From: Amphiscolops sp. MND2022
Taxonomy: Eukaryota
Direction of reading: 5' to 3'
Assembly: GCA_964187785.1 (NCBI GenBank)
Contig: OZ076409.1
Coordinates: 77,936,001-78,000,000, forward strand
Length of the DNA: 64,000 nucleotides
In this document: positions 62,180 to 64,000 of the stretch, one piece after another
Position numbering within the stretch: position 1 is the stretch's first letter
Layout of the letters: the number at the start of each line of letters is the position of its first letter
Program-made: the position numbers and the translations under genes
Notes under the pieces: generated by a model
What the model saw: only the letters and a program-made list of their open reading frames with translations
Databases searched by the model: none
What the model was told of the DNA's origin: nothing

Positions 62180-64000
62180 ATTTACGGAAGCTTCCGTGGT
62201 AACAGAACTTCTTACAAACTGGGATCCCAATTGTTTCGGTAATGCAACGAAAGCACGCAGACCAAAACAAGCTGCCCAAAGACTAGTTATAAAGGACTTT
62301 GACACTGAGCTCACTGACCAAGAAGCAAATGAAGACCTCAAAAATGAATACCCTGACGCCGAACTGAAATGTTTCACAAGAAGAGACGGGACACGCTTGT
62401 CAACTGCTACCATTGAATTTTCTAATGAACAATCTCACTCCACCGAACATTAACGGACTTTCGAATCACTCCAAAGCAAGCTGTGGAAAGTTACATTGAT
62501 GAACAAGGGGTTGGAGTGCTAGCATTATGCGAGACTGGCAAACTTTTAGGACAAAATGACTTCAGAAACTACATCACCTGTAGCAAAAACCAAAGAAAAG
62601 GAGTGAGTATCTCAATTCACGACAGTCAACAATCGACGGAACTAAAATGCCTTATGACCAAAATTATAGACATTGTCTTCGCTCTAATCATAAGAGAAAA
62701 CCAAAAGTTCGTCGTAGGAGCCGCATACGTACCACCCGATGATCAAGCTTCACTTGACCTGCTGTTAAAATCTCTAACATTTTGTGTCGCCTTCTGTAAT
62801 GAACACAATATAAACAATCTGATTTTCATGGGAGACTTCAACTGCGCCATGAAGCGTGGAACGACACTACTCGAAACCAAATCGGCCAACTTCTTCATGA
62901 GTACATAGAATCAGCAGAGCATCTAACAATAGCAAACCCAAATACTCCAACCTTCAGCTGCATAAACGGCTCCAGCATTCTAGACCTCTGTATTACCAGT
63001 CCAAATTTTCTTCCCTCCTTGAGTAACATCATGACAGACAACACAATTGAACTCTTTACAGGTGCACCCAATCGGGGTCACTTCCCAGTCACATGGGAAT
63101 GGTTGGTACCCAACTCAGCCAAGAAACAAGTTAAATGGGACCTTACTACAACTAATTGGGAATACTGGTGTCAACAGCTGGATGAGATGAGTCTGACAAC
63201 GCTACAAGACATTTCAATCTTAGATGACCCTTTTCAAATTTGGCATTCTATCAAAGATCTACTAAAGCAATGCATGATCGATGTCATTGACACGAAAGTT
63301 ATCACCCGTCACTCGAAGCCTTATTGGAATGAACGTCGAACGTATTGAAAAGATCTTCGACAAGTCAAAAAGAAGCTGAAACAACGGGAAAAAGGCAGCC
63401 ATTGGGCTCAGTATATGAGACACAAAGAACTCTTCAAATTAGAACTTAACCGCTCACTCAACACCTGGCTACAAAACAACTTAACAAATCTGAACAAAAC
63501 ATCAGGGCCAGACTTCTGGAAGAAATATCAACGTTTCATTGTGGACAGAAACAAAATAACTCTGGGGGTTCTCAAAAACCATGAAGGAAAACTTGTCTCT
63601 TCCACAGAAGAAAGAATTGAAGTTCTAAAAAGATCTTTCTTCACTGGGGAACACCTTAAAAGCCAGAATTTCAGCGAAATTGATCGATTGCAAGCTGTGA
63701 TCACAAAACTAGACTTCTCAGCAAAGATGCACTAGATGAAAAAAGTTGCTTTCTCAACGAACCCATTTCACTCCATGAAATAGAAACAGCCCTGAAAAAT
63801 CTTAAAACTGTATGCAAAGCTTTCGATCCTGATGGCTTTCATCCAAAACTCATTAAGCACTCCGGTCCCCGTTTCCGGTTGATTCTTCAATATCTCATCA
63901 GCAAATCACTGGAATGCGAAAAATGGGTCTGGCGGGAAGGAAAGGTTATTTTTCTCTCAAAAAATGGCAAAAAAGATTATCTAGAAGCAAAAAGTTTCAG
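62180..64000 (+). mobile_element. APE-RT LINE related to the 26.2-38 kb LINE; ORF1 3' part deleted; runs off window end
   Basis: RLVIKDFDTELTDQEANEDL...CFTRRDGTRL resembles ELVVTDFDVEINDADATKEL...CFLGRDKTRL; NINGLSNHSK; VLALCET; IFMGDFNC; FTGAPNRGH; LNKTSGPDFW; KAFDPDGFHPKLIKH. Confidence 0.85.

Overview
AT-rich eukaryotic (animal-like) DNA made almost entirely of nested, mostly decayed transposable elements, with one 200-N assembly gap. No intact host gene is recognisable. Retroelements: two CR1-group LINE relics; a decayed BEL/Pao element; a non-autonomous BEL derivative with a quadruplicated primer-binding site, a partial duplicate and a diverged related LTR; a near full-length APE-RT LINE split by a 3.3-kb TIR transposon and internally tandem-duplicated; a second copy-type of that LINE; and a PHD-RT-RLE (CRE-like) LINE split by a 9-bp-TSD MITE. 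Small repeats include Helentron-like (HINE) elements and two dispersed MITE cores. The most unusual part is 40.9-58.2 kb. There, tandem compact JmjC-like (2OG/Fe oxygenase) genes are interrupted by a 15.1-kb Gypsy element with a 1.75-kb LTR that contains the gag start. The Gypsy also carries an antisense, intron-containing zinc-finger/hAT-like passenger gene. All calls are by eye; no searches were run.
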